64,000 bases of DNA, from NCBI GenBank assembly GCA_047722935.1, contig JBDNZS010000010.1, forward strand, positions 2,108 to 66,107, in the 5' to 3' direction. The notes below the pieces were generated by a model. That model had not been told where the DNA came from. It ran no database searches and saw only the letters and a program-made list of their open reading frames with translations. The stretch is from Ethanoligenens sp. Lineage in GTDB: Bacteria > Bacillota > Clostridia > Oscillospirales > Ethanoligenentaceae. Of the stretch, positions 49,307 to 58,429 are shown one piece after another (within the stretch, counting starts at the first letter, position 1; the number at the start of each line of letters is the position of its first letter). Made by a program: the position numbers and the translations under genes.

Positions 49307-49685
49307 GCCCTTTTTCCTCCTTCAACAATACGGTCAACATTTCTTTCAAGGTTTCAACCGTGATTCCGGCCATCCTCGCATCCTGCACCGCATCGGACAA
49401 ATGCCCTTCTACCCGGCGCAGATATTGTTCCTGCATCATGGCAGTATTCTGAGACAGCACAAAGCACCCTTTTCCCTGCATCGATGCGGCAAAGCCTTCT
49501 TGTTCCAGTTCACTGTACGCCCGTGAGGTCGTAATGACACTGATATGCAGATCCTTCGCAAGCTGCCGGATGGATGGCAATGCCTCCCCCTCCCGAAGTT
49601 CCCCGTTTAAAATGGCTTCTTTGATTTGTTCTTTTATTTGCTCGTAAATCGGTTGATCTGAACGGTTTGAGATTACAATACGCAT
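49284..49685 (-). CDS. GntR family transcriptional regulator (YtrA subfamily)
   Basis: 133 aa with the wHTH LPSIRQLAKDLHISVITTSRAYSELE. It overlaps the downstream ABC ATPase gene. Confidence 0.9.
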   Translation of the reverse strand: MRIVISNRSDQPIYEQIKEQIKEAILNGELREGEALPSIRQLAKDLHISVITTSRAYSELEQEGFAASMQGKGCFVLSQNTAMMQEQYLRRVEGHLSDAVQDARMAGITVETLKEMLTVLLKEEKGRDRTSET

Positions 49686-49697
49686 AGCACATCCTCA

Positions 49698-49724
49698 TAC
49701 TGTATATATACAATATATACAGTA
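49698..49724. promoter_or_regulatory. 27-bp palindrome, candidate YtrA-type operator
   Basis: tactgtatatat aca atatatacagta has perfect 12-bp arms and lies 13 nt upstream of the GntR start codon. Confidence 0.55.
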
Positions 49725-49759
49725 TAGCTGCCTCTCTTTCATCTGTCAAGCATAACCGC

Positions 49760-49798
49760 AAAAAATCCGCCGCACCAAAATGTGCGACGGATTTTTTT
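49760..49798. terminator. Terminator of the NitT/TauT-type ABC operon (bidirectional shape)
   Basis: aaaaaatccgccgcac ... gtgcgacggattttttt, with one mismatch. Confidence 0.8.
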
Positions 49799-49814
49799 GA
49801 AAGCCGTTGTGCGA

Positions 49815-50858
49815 TTATGTACGGACATCTTTGACAAACCGCATGTTCACAAGCGTGTCATATGAATAGCCGCCTTGATAAATACCGGTCTTGATGAGAA
49901 CATCCATGTCGGTCTGCACAGCTTTCTGCGAGATAACGCCGTTTGGACTCCACAAATTGTCCTGATAAGCGCGGCTGAGGGAAGCCGTCAGTGCTTGATC
50001 GGTTAAAGTCGGAAATTCTAGCCGCAGGTCTTTCTTGGCAAGAGCTTTGTTTGTTTGCACCGTTTTCAGTGCCTTCACCATTGCATTGGTAAAGGCCTGC
50101 ACTGTTTTGGGGTCTTTCTGAATCGTAGACTTTTTCGTGCCCATCACCGAGTAAGAAAAATCGCCCAAATCGGAGAATTTATAGAACGGTTCGCTCCACA
50201 CGCCTTTGGAAACGCCGTCACTGATCTGCGGCTCCGCACCATTCCCGATCTGCCCCGCGCCGTTTTGCAGCATGGCGACCACGGTAGACGCGTCGGCAGG
50301 TTCCAGCAGCTGCGCGTCCTTGTCTGGATTAAGACCCAACTGAATCATCAGATAGCGCGTCAGCAGATTGGGTGAACCGCCATGCCGACCTGCCACGATC
50401 TTCTTGCCTTTTAGGAATGCTTTGAGTGCGTCCTTGCTGTTGTTCGCGGGCGCCAATCCCTTAGCGGCCACCAGATAAACGTTTGCACGGTTTACCACGT
50501 TGCAGAACGCAGTGACAGGGTCGCTGTTATTCTTGTTGGCAAGCGCGTTGGAATCTACACCGCCAATGACGCCCCACGCGCTGCCGCTGACAACCGCCGT
50601 CACATGCGTGCCGCCAGTCGCCTGGATGACTTTCACATCCAAGCCTTGTGCTTTAAAATAGCCCTCCCGCTGTGCGAGATACAACGGTAGATACCCGATA
50701 AGATGAACCGGTTCCGCGATGGTAATTTCTTTTAATTTGCCAGACGATGCGACTGCTGTTGTTGATTTTTGCGCGCAGCCGGTGAATACCGCCGCCGAGA
50801 TACAAACCGCCGCTGCCAGAATAACAGCCGCTACCGCTTTGCTTTTTTTCTGTTTCAT
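49815..50858 (-). CDS. ABC transporter substrate-binding lipoprotein (NMT1/THI5-like, NitT/TauT family)
   Basis: Signal peptide with lipobox FTGCAQ. 347 aa. Confidence 0.85.
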   Translation of the reverse strand: MKQKKSKAVAAVILAAAVCISAAVFTGCAQKSTTAVASSGKLKEITIAEPVHLIGYLPLYLAQREGYFKAQGLDVKVIQATGGTHVTAVVSGSAWGVIGGVDSNALANKNNSDPVTAFCNVVNRANVYLVAAKGLAPANNSKDALKAFLKGKKIVAGRHGGSPNLLTRYLMIQLGLNPDKDAQLLEPADASTVVAMLQNGAGQIGNGAEPQISDGVSKGVWSEPFYKFSDLGDFSYSVMGTKKSTIQKDPKTVQAFTNAMVKALKTVQTNKALAKKDLRLEFPTLTDQALTASLSRAYQDNLWSPNGVISQKAVQTDMDVLIKTGIYQGGYSYDTLVNMRFVKDVRT

Positions 50859-50900
50859 CCTTATAACGCCTCCATTTTTGTCTGAACGAGCAAATGAAAT

Positions 50901-51797
50901 CTATGTGTGAATGATTGACAGCTGCTTGGAAAGCCATTTTTCCAGCACCACCACGCCTGCGTACATGAGCAAAGACAGAATGGACAGTGCAAACACGCCT
51001 ACCCAAACAAGGTTGATGTCAAGGATTGTGCCCGCATAAATGACCATGCGCCCCACGCCCTGATTGGAAGCAATGAATTCTCCCACAATTGCCCCCGCAA
51101 GCGCTAAAGCGATATTGATGCGCAGGCTGCTTACAATCCATGGCATGGACCATGGCACCACCACTTTTTCAAAGACTTGCCTGCGGCTGGCGCCCAATGA
51201 ATACAACAATGTTTCCATTTCAGGATCGACGCTCTTGACACCGCCGTATGCAGAAAGCGCGGTAACCACCACCGTCATCAGAAACGCCAGCGCCACTTTG
51301 GAGAAAAAACCGATGCCAAATAAAATGACCAGCACCGGTGCAAGCGCCAGCTTAGGCAGCGCATTGAACACAATCAGATACGGCTCCGTGATATCCGCAT
51401 ATCGTTTGGACCACCAAAATGATAACCCAATCAAACTGCCGCACAGAGTACCGGACACGAATCCAAGCAGCGTGGAGCCGGAGGTATATGCCACATCCCG
51501 CAGCAGCGTGCCTTGAGTCAGCTGGATATACGCTGTATGTAAAATGGTACTGGGGCGGCTCCAATAATAAGGGTCCATCCAGCCGATGCGGGTAAACACT
51601 TCCCAGATGACAGCAATTGCTGCCCCGACGGCAATACGCCCAAACCAAATCAGTCGCCTTCTTTTTCTGACCTGCACCTCTTCGAAATCGACGTTCTTTT
51701 TTTTCACAGTCGGCGGTTTTTTTCCATATCCCGCCGCACGCTTTACCGATTTCGCAGGGTGGTCCACTGACTCATTCATCGATCCACTCCCTTTCAT
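50901..51797 (-). CDS. ABC transporter permease (NitT/TauT family)
   Basis: Six TM helices, an EAA-like loop LGASRRQVFEKVVVP, and a long basic N-terminal tail. There is a 4-nt overlap with the ATPase gene. Confidence 0.88.
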   Translation of the reverse strand: MKGSGSMNESVDHPAKSVKRAAGYGKKPPTVKKKNVDFEEVQVRKRRRLIWFGRIAVGAAIAVIWEVFTRIGWMDPYYWSRPSTILHTAYIQLTQGTLLRDVAYTSGSTLLGFVSGTLCGSLIGLSFWWSKRYADITEPYLIVFNALPKLALAPVLVILFGIGFFSKVALAFLMTVVVTALSAYGGVKSVDPEMETLLYSLGASRRQVFEKVVVPWSMPWIVSSLRINIALALAGAIVGEFIASNQGVGRMVIYAGTILDINLVWVGVFALSILSLLMYAGVVVLEKWLSKQLSIIHT

Positions 51798-52582
51798 CCA
51801 ATATCCGCCGCAGATGGAGCGCCCGAAAACAGAAGCTCCAGCAACTGATGCTTTAGTACCGCGAACTGCGGCGATGTCATATCTTCCGGCGAGCGTGGAC
51901 GGGGAATCGGCACTTCAATCTTTGCCTGGATGCGCCCGGGGCGCGGAGAAAAAACATAAATATCATCCGAAAGATACACTGCCTCGTCAATATCATGTGT
52001 GACAAACAAGATTGTTTTTTTGAAATCCTGCCAGATCTCCAACAACCAGTTTTGCATATGTAACCGCGTCTGTGCGTCCAACGCACCGAATGGCTCATCC
52101 AGCAGCATGATATGCCGGTCATATAGCAATGTGCGCAGCAGTGCCGCGCGCTGCCGCATCCCGCCGGACAGTTCATAAGGATAACTTTTTTCGAACCCAT
52201 TCAATCCATATTGCGCCATCAGCGGCAAAGCCCGCTTCACGGATTCCATCCGCGGCACACCACGTATTTCCAGTCCCAAGATGATATTATCCAAAATACT
52301 GCGCCATGGCAGAAGCATATCTTTTTGCAGCATATAGCCAACTGTTCCGGCCCGCCCCACAATATCTTGCCCATTGACCAGTACCTGACCTGCCGTGGGG
52401 CGCAGCAATCCGGCAATGATATGAAACAATGTAGATTTTCCACATCCGCTGGGACCTATTATACTGACAAATCGCCCCTCTTTTACAGAAAAATTCACTT
52501 TCTGCAAAGCGATAATCTCTTTTCCATCCCTGCGAAAGGTTTTGGTGATGCCCGAAACGACCAATCTGTCTGGTTGCTCCAT
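51794..52582 (-). CDS. ABC transporter ATP-binding protein (NitT/TauT family)
   Basis: Walker A GPSGCGKST, signature LSGGMRQRA, Walker B MLLDEPFGALD. The ATG at 52582 follows GAAAGGAAG. Confidence 0.9.
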   Translation of the reverse strand: MEQPDRLVVSGITKTFRRDGKEIIALQKVNFSVKEGRFVSIIGPSGCGKSTLFHIIAGLLRPTAGQVLVNGQDIVGRAGTVGYMLQKDMLLPWRSILDNIILGLEIRGVPRMESVKRALPLMAQYGLNGFEKSYPYELSGGMRQRAALLRTLLYDRHIMLLDEPFGALDAQTRLHMQNWLLEIWQDFKKTILFVTHDIDEAVYLSDDIYVFSPRPGRIQAKIEVPIPRPRSPEDMTSPQFAVLKHQLLELLFSGAPSAADIG

Positions 52583-52709
52583 TTGATGCTTCCTTTCCGC
52601 CGGAGAATGACATCTCGGTTTCCTTCTGCCCCGGCTATAGTACTGGGAATTGCCGATAACCCAATATATGCCCCCATCTTCTATCCTGACACGCTTTGAA
52701 AAACCGTAC

Positions 52710-52749
52710 AAAAAACGTCCTGCACGGATTTTAAATCCGTGCAGGACGT
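52710..52749 (-). terminator. Rho-independent terminator of the HPr-like gene
   Basis: acgtcctgcacggattt t aaatccgtgcaggacgt is a 17-bp perfect stem, followed on the minus strand by TTTTTTG. Confidence 0.85.
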
Positions 52750-52792
52750 AGGTTGCGTCACAGCCTTTTCTGTACTGAAATGCAAAAATGCG

Positions 52793-53023
52793 TTATTCTA
52801 CTACAAAAGGCTTGATCTCTTCAAAAAATGTAGATTTTTCATCGGTGCCCGCATTCAACTTAATCGGTTTCGTAAGATCCAGACTAAAAATCCCCATAAT
52901 GGATTTCGCATCAATGACATACCGACCAGACGTCAAATCAATCTCGAAATCATATTTAGACACAATGTTGACAAACTTCTTGACGTCGTCAATGGTACTC
53001 AATGAAATATTTACAGTTGCCAT
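52793..53023 (-). CDS. HPr-family protein lacking the His15 phosphorylation loop
   Basis: 76 aa. A Ser46-type region DAKSIMGIFSLDL is present, but no GxHARPA-type loop is found near the N-terminus. Confidence 0.75.
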   Translation of the reverse strand: MATVNISLSTIDDVKKFVNIVSKYDFEIDLTSGRYVIDAKSIMGIFSLDLTKPIKLNAGTDEKSTFFEEIKPFVVE

Positions 53024-53246
53024 AACAAAATCCTCCTAGCAATAAATCAAATTATAATCTAAGTTTAATATAGCAGTCTGCAAAAGGTTAGTCAACAGGC
53101 AATTGTATTTCGTGTGCATTTTTATTATAATATACAAAAGAACAGTTTCTATTTTGAGCGTATCCTCAACGTTTTTAGGAATTATTATCTTGACGTGTGA
53201 GAAAACCCGTTTTTATTTACATGCGCGCCATGCCTGCGGAGGGATC

Positions 53247-54530
53247 ATGAAGGCTGCTTTTTATACACTTGGCTGTAAAGTCAATCAATACGAGACCCAA
53301 ATTATGGAGCAATCCCTGCGAGACGCCGGTTTCCAGATCGTGCCGCCCGACGATACAGCGGACGTCCTTGTGGTCAACTCCTGCACAGTAACCTCCGAAA
53401 GCGACCGAAAAACACGACAGATGCTGCGCAAGATGAAAAAAAGAAATCCAGACGCTGTCGCCGTACTCTGTGGCTGCTATGTGCAGGCGTCCCCGGAAAA
53501 AGCCGGTGCCATTGCGGAAGCCGATATCGTAACCGGTGTCCGCGACCGGAGTGGAATTGCGGCTCTGGTGCTGCGATCCATGCAGGAGAAAGGTCGGTTT
53601 ACCAACGTTTCAACTTTTGAAAAAGAGGAACCGTTTGAACCAATGCGTGCCCGTGGACTTGACGGGCATACCCGTGCGTTCGTCAAAATTGAGGACGGCT
53701 GTCAGAACTTCTGCACCTACTGCATCATTCCCTTCTCGCGCGGGCCGGTGCGTTCCAAACCGACTAAAGAGATTACGGAGGAACTTGCGGCGTTGCGGCA
53801 GCAAGGCTATGCCGAAGCCGTACTGGTAGGCATCAACCTTTCCGCCTATGGCGGTGACATCGACAGTACACTTGCCGACGCGGTAGAAGCCGCCGACCGC
53901 GCGGGACTGGCGCGTATCCGGCTCGGTTCTCTGTCTCCCTTGGCCATCACTGATGCGTTCATCGCCCGCGCTGCCCGCTGCTCATCCCTCTGTCCGCATT
54001 TCCACCTCTCATTGCAAAGCGGATGCGCTGATACGCTGGCAAGAATGAATCGACGGTACGATCCGGAGGACTTTGCAAATGCCGTTGAAAAACTCCGCGC
54101 TGCGTTCCCGGACTGCGGCATCACCACCGACATCATCGTTGGGTTCCCTGGCGAGACCGATACGGAATTTTCAGAGTCCATGGACTTTGCGGAACAAATC
54201 GGTTTTTCGCAGGTGCATGTATTCCCCTACTCCAAGCGGGATGGAACACGCGCCGCCGCAATGGACGGGCAGATATCCAAAGCTGTCAAGGAAAATCGCG
54301 TGCACGCACTGTCGGCGCTTTGCGCACAGACACAGCACGCCTTTTGGCGACGTTTTATTGGCAGGCGCTTGCCGGTCTTATTTGAGCAGCGTACACAGAG
54401 CGGCCTTTGGGAAGGATTTACGCCCCAATATATCCCGGTTTATGTGCGTGCGGAGCAAGATCTTCATGGCATCCTGCGGGATGTTCACATTGAGGAAGTC
54501 CAGCCAGCGGGCTGTTTTGGGCGGCTTTGA
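53247..54530 (+). CDS. mtaB: tRNA (t6A37) methylthiotransferase MtaB (MiaB-like radical SAM)
   Basis: Starts MKAAFYTLGCKVNQYE, with the radical SAM cluster CQNFCTYC and a C-terminal TRAM-like region. The ATG at 53247 follows GGAGGG. Confidence 0.9.
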   Translation: MKAAFYTLGCKVNQYETQIMEQSLRDAGFQIVPPDDTADVLVVNSCTVTSESDRKTRQMLRKMKKRNPDAVAVLCGCYVQASPEKAGAIAEADIVTGVRDRSGIAALVLRSMQEKGRFTNVSTFEKEEPFEPMRARGLDGHTRAFVKIEDGCQNFCTYCIIPFSRGPVRSKPTKEITEELAALRQQGYAEAVLVGINLSAYGGDIDSTLADAVEAADRAGLARIRLGSLSPLAITDAFIARAARCSSLCPHFHLSLQSGCADTLARMNRRYDPEDFANAVEKLRAAFPDCGITTDIIVGFPGETDTEFSESMDFAEQIGFSQVHVFPYSKRDGTRAAAMDGQISKAVKENRVHALSALCAQTQHAFWRRFIGRRLPVLFEQRTQSGLWEGFTPQYIPVYVRAEQDLHGILRDVHIEEVQPAGCFGRL

Positions 54531-54628
54531 CTGTTCGTCTTCCCTATCCGATAAAAAAAGTTTTGAACGTCCAGTTGTCATTTTCCTATGTTGCGGCTGG
54601 ATTGCTCTACACAGGAGTTGTATAAAAA

Positions 54629-57600
54629 ATGTCCGTTTATAGAATCTTTGTCGAAAAACGTCCCGCGTTCGCCGTGGAAGCAGCCGGTGTGCTGGCTGAC
54701 CTGAAAACATCGCTGAGCCTGAATGATCTGGAAAGTCTTCGCATCTTAAACCGGTACGATGTAGAAGGTATTTCCGAGGAAACGTTTGTGGCGGCAAAAC
54801 CGACTGTCTTCTCCGAGCCACAGGTGGATGTCACATCTTTGGAACCGGTGCCGCCCGCGAAAAATGAACGCATTTTCGCCATCGAATATTTGCCCGGGCA
54901 ATTCGACCAGCGCGCCGACTCCTGCGCACAGTGTATAGCGCTGCTGACACAAGGTGAAAAACCCGCTGTGAGAACGGCGCGTGTTTTCATCTTGCGCGGC
55001 GCCTTTGACAACAAGACGTTTGAAAAGATCAAAGCCTACCTCATCAACCCGGTGGAATGCCGTGAAGCGTCTCTTGAAAAGCCGGAGACACTTGCGGAGC
55101 AGTACGAATTGCCCGGCAAAGTCAAAATCCTGAAAAATTTTTGTGCACTCAACCGCGAACAACAGAAAGAGTTTGCCCAACATTTCGGGTTAGCTATGGA
55201 TGTGGACGATATTGAGTTCTGCCGCCAATATTTCAGCGAAACGGAAAAACGTGACCCGACCGTGACCGAATTACGCATGATCGACACCTATTGGAGCGAT
55301 CACTGCCGTCACACCACGTTTTCAACAGAACTGGACGATATACAGATTGAACCGGATTATATACAAAAAACCTTTAAGAAATATATGGCCTGCCGTAATC
55401 AGTTCTATGCCAACCGGACAAAACCGATCACACTGATGGATATCGCTACCATGGGCGCACGAAAATTAAAAGCCGACGGCGCGTTGCCTGCTCTTGACGA
55501 ATCTGAGGAGATCAACGCCTGCTCGGTGAAAATCAAGGCAGACGTAGGCGGCACAGAAGAAGACTGGCTGCTTATGTTTAAAAATGAGACGCACAACCAC
55601 CCGACCGAGATCGAACCATTCGGCGGCGCGGCCACTTGTCTGGGCGGTGCCATCCGTGACCCGCTTTCCGGACGCTCTTATGTTTATCAGGCCATGCGGG
55701 TAACGGGTGCGGCCGATCCACGCGTCCCCGTCGAAAAAACATTGCCCGGCAAATTACCACAGCGCAAAATCACACTGGGCGCGGCTGGGGGCTACAGCTC
55801 TTACGGCAACCAGATCGGCCTTGCCACCGGGCAGGTTAGTGAGCTCTACCATCCCGGCTATGTGGCAAAACGCTTAGAGACCGGTGCGGTCGTAGGTGCC
55901 GCACCTGCCGCGAATGTAGTACGGGAACGCCCGCAACCCGGCGATGTAGTCATCCTGTTGGGTGGACGCACCGGGCGCGACGGCATGGGTGGTGCAACCG
56001 GTTCCTCTAAATCCCACACCCTCAAATCGCTTGCCAATTGCGGCGCCGAGGTGCAAAAAGGCAATCCGCCCGAAGAACGGAAGATTCAACGGCTGTTCCG
56101 CAACCCGGAAGCAACCCGGCTCATCAAACGCTGCAACGACTTCGGCGCGGGTGGTGTGTCGGTCGCCATCGGCGAGCTCGCTGACGGTCTGGATATCAAT
56201 TTGAACGCTGTCCCCCGTAAATATGAGGGCCTGGACGGTACGGAGCTGGCCATATCGGAATCGCAGGAACGCATGGCTGTTGTCGTAGCTGAAAAAGATG
56301 TAGACATTTTCATCCAAAAAGCACAGGCAGAAAACCTGGAAGCCACCGTGGTCGCACAGGTGACAGAAGAGCCCCGCTTACGGATGTACTGGAACGACAC
56401 CTGCATCGCGGACGTTTCGCGCGAATTCTTAAACTCCAATGGTGCATCCAAACATGCCCGCGCAACGATAGACTCTCCAGATCTTTCAGGGCTGTACCTC
56501 GCGCCGCCGGTGCATGATCTGGGCAGACAATGGCGGGAAATGCTGGGTGATTTGAACGTCTGCTCACAAAAAGGGTTGGGCGACCGCTTTGACTCAACCA
56601 TCGGTGGGGCGACTGTCCTGCTGCCCTACGGCGGCAAACATCAGCTTACGCCAGCACAGGCCATGGCTGCCAAACTGCCGGTACCGCAAGGCGACACCAC
56701 CACCTGTTCGTTAATGTCTTGGGGCTGCAACCCCTATATTGCGGAGACCAGTCCCTATCATGCGGGTGTGATTGCGGTCGTGGAATCGGTTGCGCGCCTG
56801 ATTGCCAGCGGCGGCAGTCTGAAACAGACCTGGCTCTCGTTTCAGGAATTTTTTGAGCGGCTGCGCGACGAACCCGCCCGCTGGGGCAAACCTCTGGCGG
56901 CGCTGCTCGGCGCATTCGAGGCACAGCTTGGTCTGAAACTGGCCGCTATAGGCGGCAAAGATTCCATGTCCGGCTCGTTCGAAAAACTGGATGTGCCGCC
57001 GACCATCATCTCATTTGCCTGCGGTGCATCCAGCGCGCAACGCGTCCTCTCGCCGGAATTCAAGGTGCCTGGGGACAAGCTGGTGCTGCTCAAGCCCAAA
57101 TACGACCGCAACGGTTTGCCAGTTTTTGGCGACCTGCGCCGTCTATTTACAAAAGTAGAGCGACTGATCGCCACCCGCAAAGTACGAGCTGCGTGGGCAC
57201 TTTCCACCGGCGGTGTCGCCGAAGGCATCACCAAAATGGCACTCGGCAACGGCATTGGTTTCTCGGCGGATCACGGGCTGAACGACAGCACCCTCTTTGA
57301 CCAGTGCTATGGCGGATTTCTTTTGGAAGCAGAGCCGCGGGCATTTGTTGGCGGCAAGATTATTGGACATTTGACCGACCAACCGGCTATTGAAATTGGC
57401 GCACTCTCCCTACCACTGAAGGAACTGGAACAAGCATGGACAGAGCCATTGGAAGATATTTTCCCGACTAAAACAAAAACCAACACGCCTGCCGCCAAAA
57501 CATATACCTGCTCCGCACGCACCAAACAGAAACCTGCGGCACGCCTTTCCTCCCCCCGCGTACTGATTCCGGTTTTCCCGGGCACCAACTGCGAATATGA

Positions 57601-58351
57601 CGCGGCACGCAAATTTACAGAAGCCGGCGCAACCTGCGAAACATTTGTTATCCGCAACCTAAGCGCCAACTACATCGCCGAATCGGTTCTTGCTTTTGAA
57701 AAAAGCATCCAAAACAGCCAGATCATCATGATTCCAGGTGGTTTTTCCGGTGGTGACGAGCCGGACGGCTCCGGCAAATTCATTACGGCCTTTTTCCGTA
57801 ACCCGCGCATTAAGGATGCGGTAGCAAATCTGCTGGGCCAACGCGACGGTTTGATGCTCGGCATCTGCAATGGATTCCAAGCACTGATTAAACTGGGACT
57901 GGTGCCTTACGGCGAGATTCGTGGAATGGATGCGGAATGCCCGACTCTTACGTTCAATTCCATCGGGCGTCATCAATCCACCATGGTGCGCACCCGGATT
58001 TCCTCCGTCCAATCACCGTGGATGTCCTATTGCAATCCAGGCGATGTCTATACCATCCCGGTTTCCCACGGGGAGGGTCGGTTCGTTGCCACTCCAGAAG
58101 TTCTCGCACAACTGGAGAAAAACGGACAAATTGCGACCCAATATGTCGATGACAACGGTCATCCGTCCAACGATATCTCGTTCAATCCAAACGCTTCGGT
58201 GGATGCGATAGAGGGTATCTTTTCCCCGGATGGTCGTGTCTTCGGCAAAATGGGGCATAGCGAACGCTGTGGAAAATATGTCAGTAAAAACATCGACGGA
58301 TTAAAAGATCAGCCTATTTTCCGGGCTGGTGTGGATTATTTCGCTCTATAA
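54629..58351 (+). CDS. purL: Phosphoribosylformylglycinamidine synthase, single-chain large form
   Basis: 1240 aa comprising a PurS-like N-domain, an FGAM synthetase core and a C-terminal GATase (GICNGFQAL). Confidence 0.97.
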   Translation: MSVYRIFVEKRPAFAVEAAGVLADLKTSLSLNDLESLRILNRYDVEGISEETFVAAKPTVFSEPQVDVTSLEPVPPAKNERIFAIEYLPGQFDQRADSCAQCIALLTQGEKPAVRTARVFILRGAFDNKTFEKIKAYLINPVECREASLEKPETLAEQYELPGKVKILKNFCALNREQQKEFAQHFGLAMDVDDIEFCRQYFSETEKRDPTVTELRMIDTYWSDHCRHTTFSTELDDIQIEPDYIQKTFKKYMACRNQFYANRTKPITLMDIATMGARKLKADGALPALDESEEINACSVKIKADVGGTEEDWLLMFKNETHNHPTEIEPFGGAATCLGGAIRDPLSGRSYVYQAMRVTGAADPRVPVEKTLPGKLPQRKITLGAAGGYSSYGNQIGLATGQVSELYHPGYVAKRLETGAVVGAAPAANVVRERPQPGDVVILLGGRTGRDGMGGATGSSKSHTLKSLANCGAEVQKGNPPEERKIQRLFRNPEATRLIKRCNDFGAGGVSVAIGELADGLDINLNAVPRKYEGLDGTELAISESQERMAVVVAEKDVDIFIQKAQAENLEATVVAQVTEEPRLRMYWNDTCIADVSREFLNSNGASKHARATIDSPDLSGLYLAPPVHDLGRQWREMLGDLNVCSQKGLGDRFDSTIGGATVLLPYGGKHQLTPAQAMAAKLPVPQGDTTTCSLMSWGCNPYIAETSPYHAGVIAVVESVARLIASGGSLKQTWLSFQEFFERLRDEPARWGKPLAALLGAFEAQLGLKLAAIGGKDSMSGSFEKLDVPPTIISFACGASSAQRVLSPEFKVPGDKLVLLKPKYDRNGLPVFGDLRRLFTKVERLIATRKVRAAWALSTGGVAEGITKMALGNGIGFSADHGLNDSTLFDQCYGGFLLEAEPRAFVGGKIIGHLTDQPAIEIGALSLPLKELEQAWTEPLEDIFPTKTKTNTPAAKTYTCSARTKQKPAARLSSPRVLIPVFPGTNCEYDAARKFTEAGATCETFVIRNLSANYIAESVLAFEKSIQNSQIIMIPGGFSGGDEPDGSGKFITAFFRNPRIKDAVANLLGQRDGLMLGICNGFQALIKLGLVPYGEIRGMDAECPTLTFNSIGRHQSTMVRTRISSVQSPWMSYCNPGDVYTIPVSHGEGRFVATPEVLAQLEKNGQIATQYVDDNGHPSNDISFNPNASVDAIEGIFSPDGRVFGKMGHSERCGKYVSKNIDGLKDQPIFRAGVDYFAL

Positions 58352-58364
58352 AGTCATACCCCTG

Positions 58365-58415
58365 CGATACAACAACGCCCAAGCGGTAAGATACCGCTTG
58401 GGCGTTGTTGTATCG
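58365..58415. repeat. 51-nt perfect hairpin (24-bp arms) between convergent purL and metH
   Basis: cgatacaacaacgcccaagcggta aga taccgcttgggcgttgttgtatcg. There is no obvious U-tract on either side. Confidence 0.85.
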
Positions 58416-58429
58416 TAAACACGTTCTAT

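Noticed and set aside
52583-52709. A possible riboswitch in the 127-nt leader of the NitT/TauT-type ABC operon. I considered TPP, and guanidine-I/ykkC because such transporters are frequent ykkC targets.
   Set aside because: There is no CUGAGA / ACCUGAUCUGGAUAAUGCCAGC TPP core. Only faint ykkC-like fragments are present (GGGUUAUCGG, ACCGAGAU, CCGGCGGAAA), and the 3' GCCCGGGAGA element is missing. A TTGGGT-16-TACTAT promoter-like pair inside the region would leave a UTR of only about 55 nt. The region is worth a cmscan, but by eye it is not supportable.
54531-54628. A purine riboswitch upstream of purL.
   Set aside because: There is no UAUAAU ... GUUUCUACC ... GACUAUA-type three-way junction, and at 98 nt the region is too short and unstructured.
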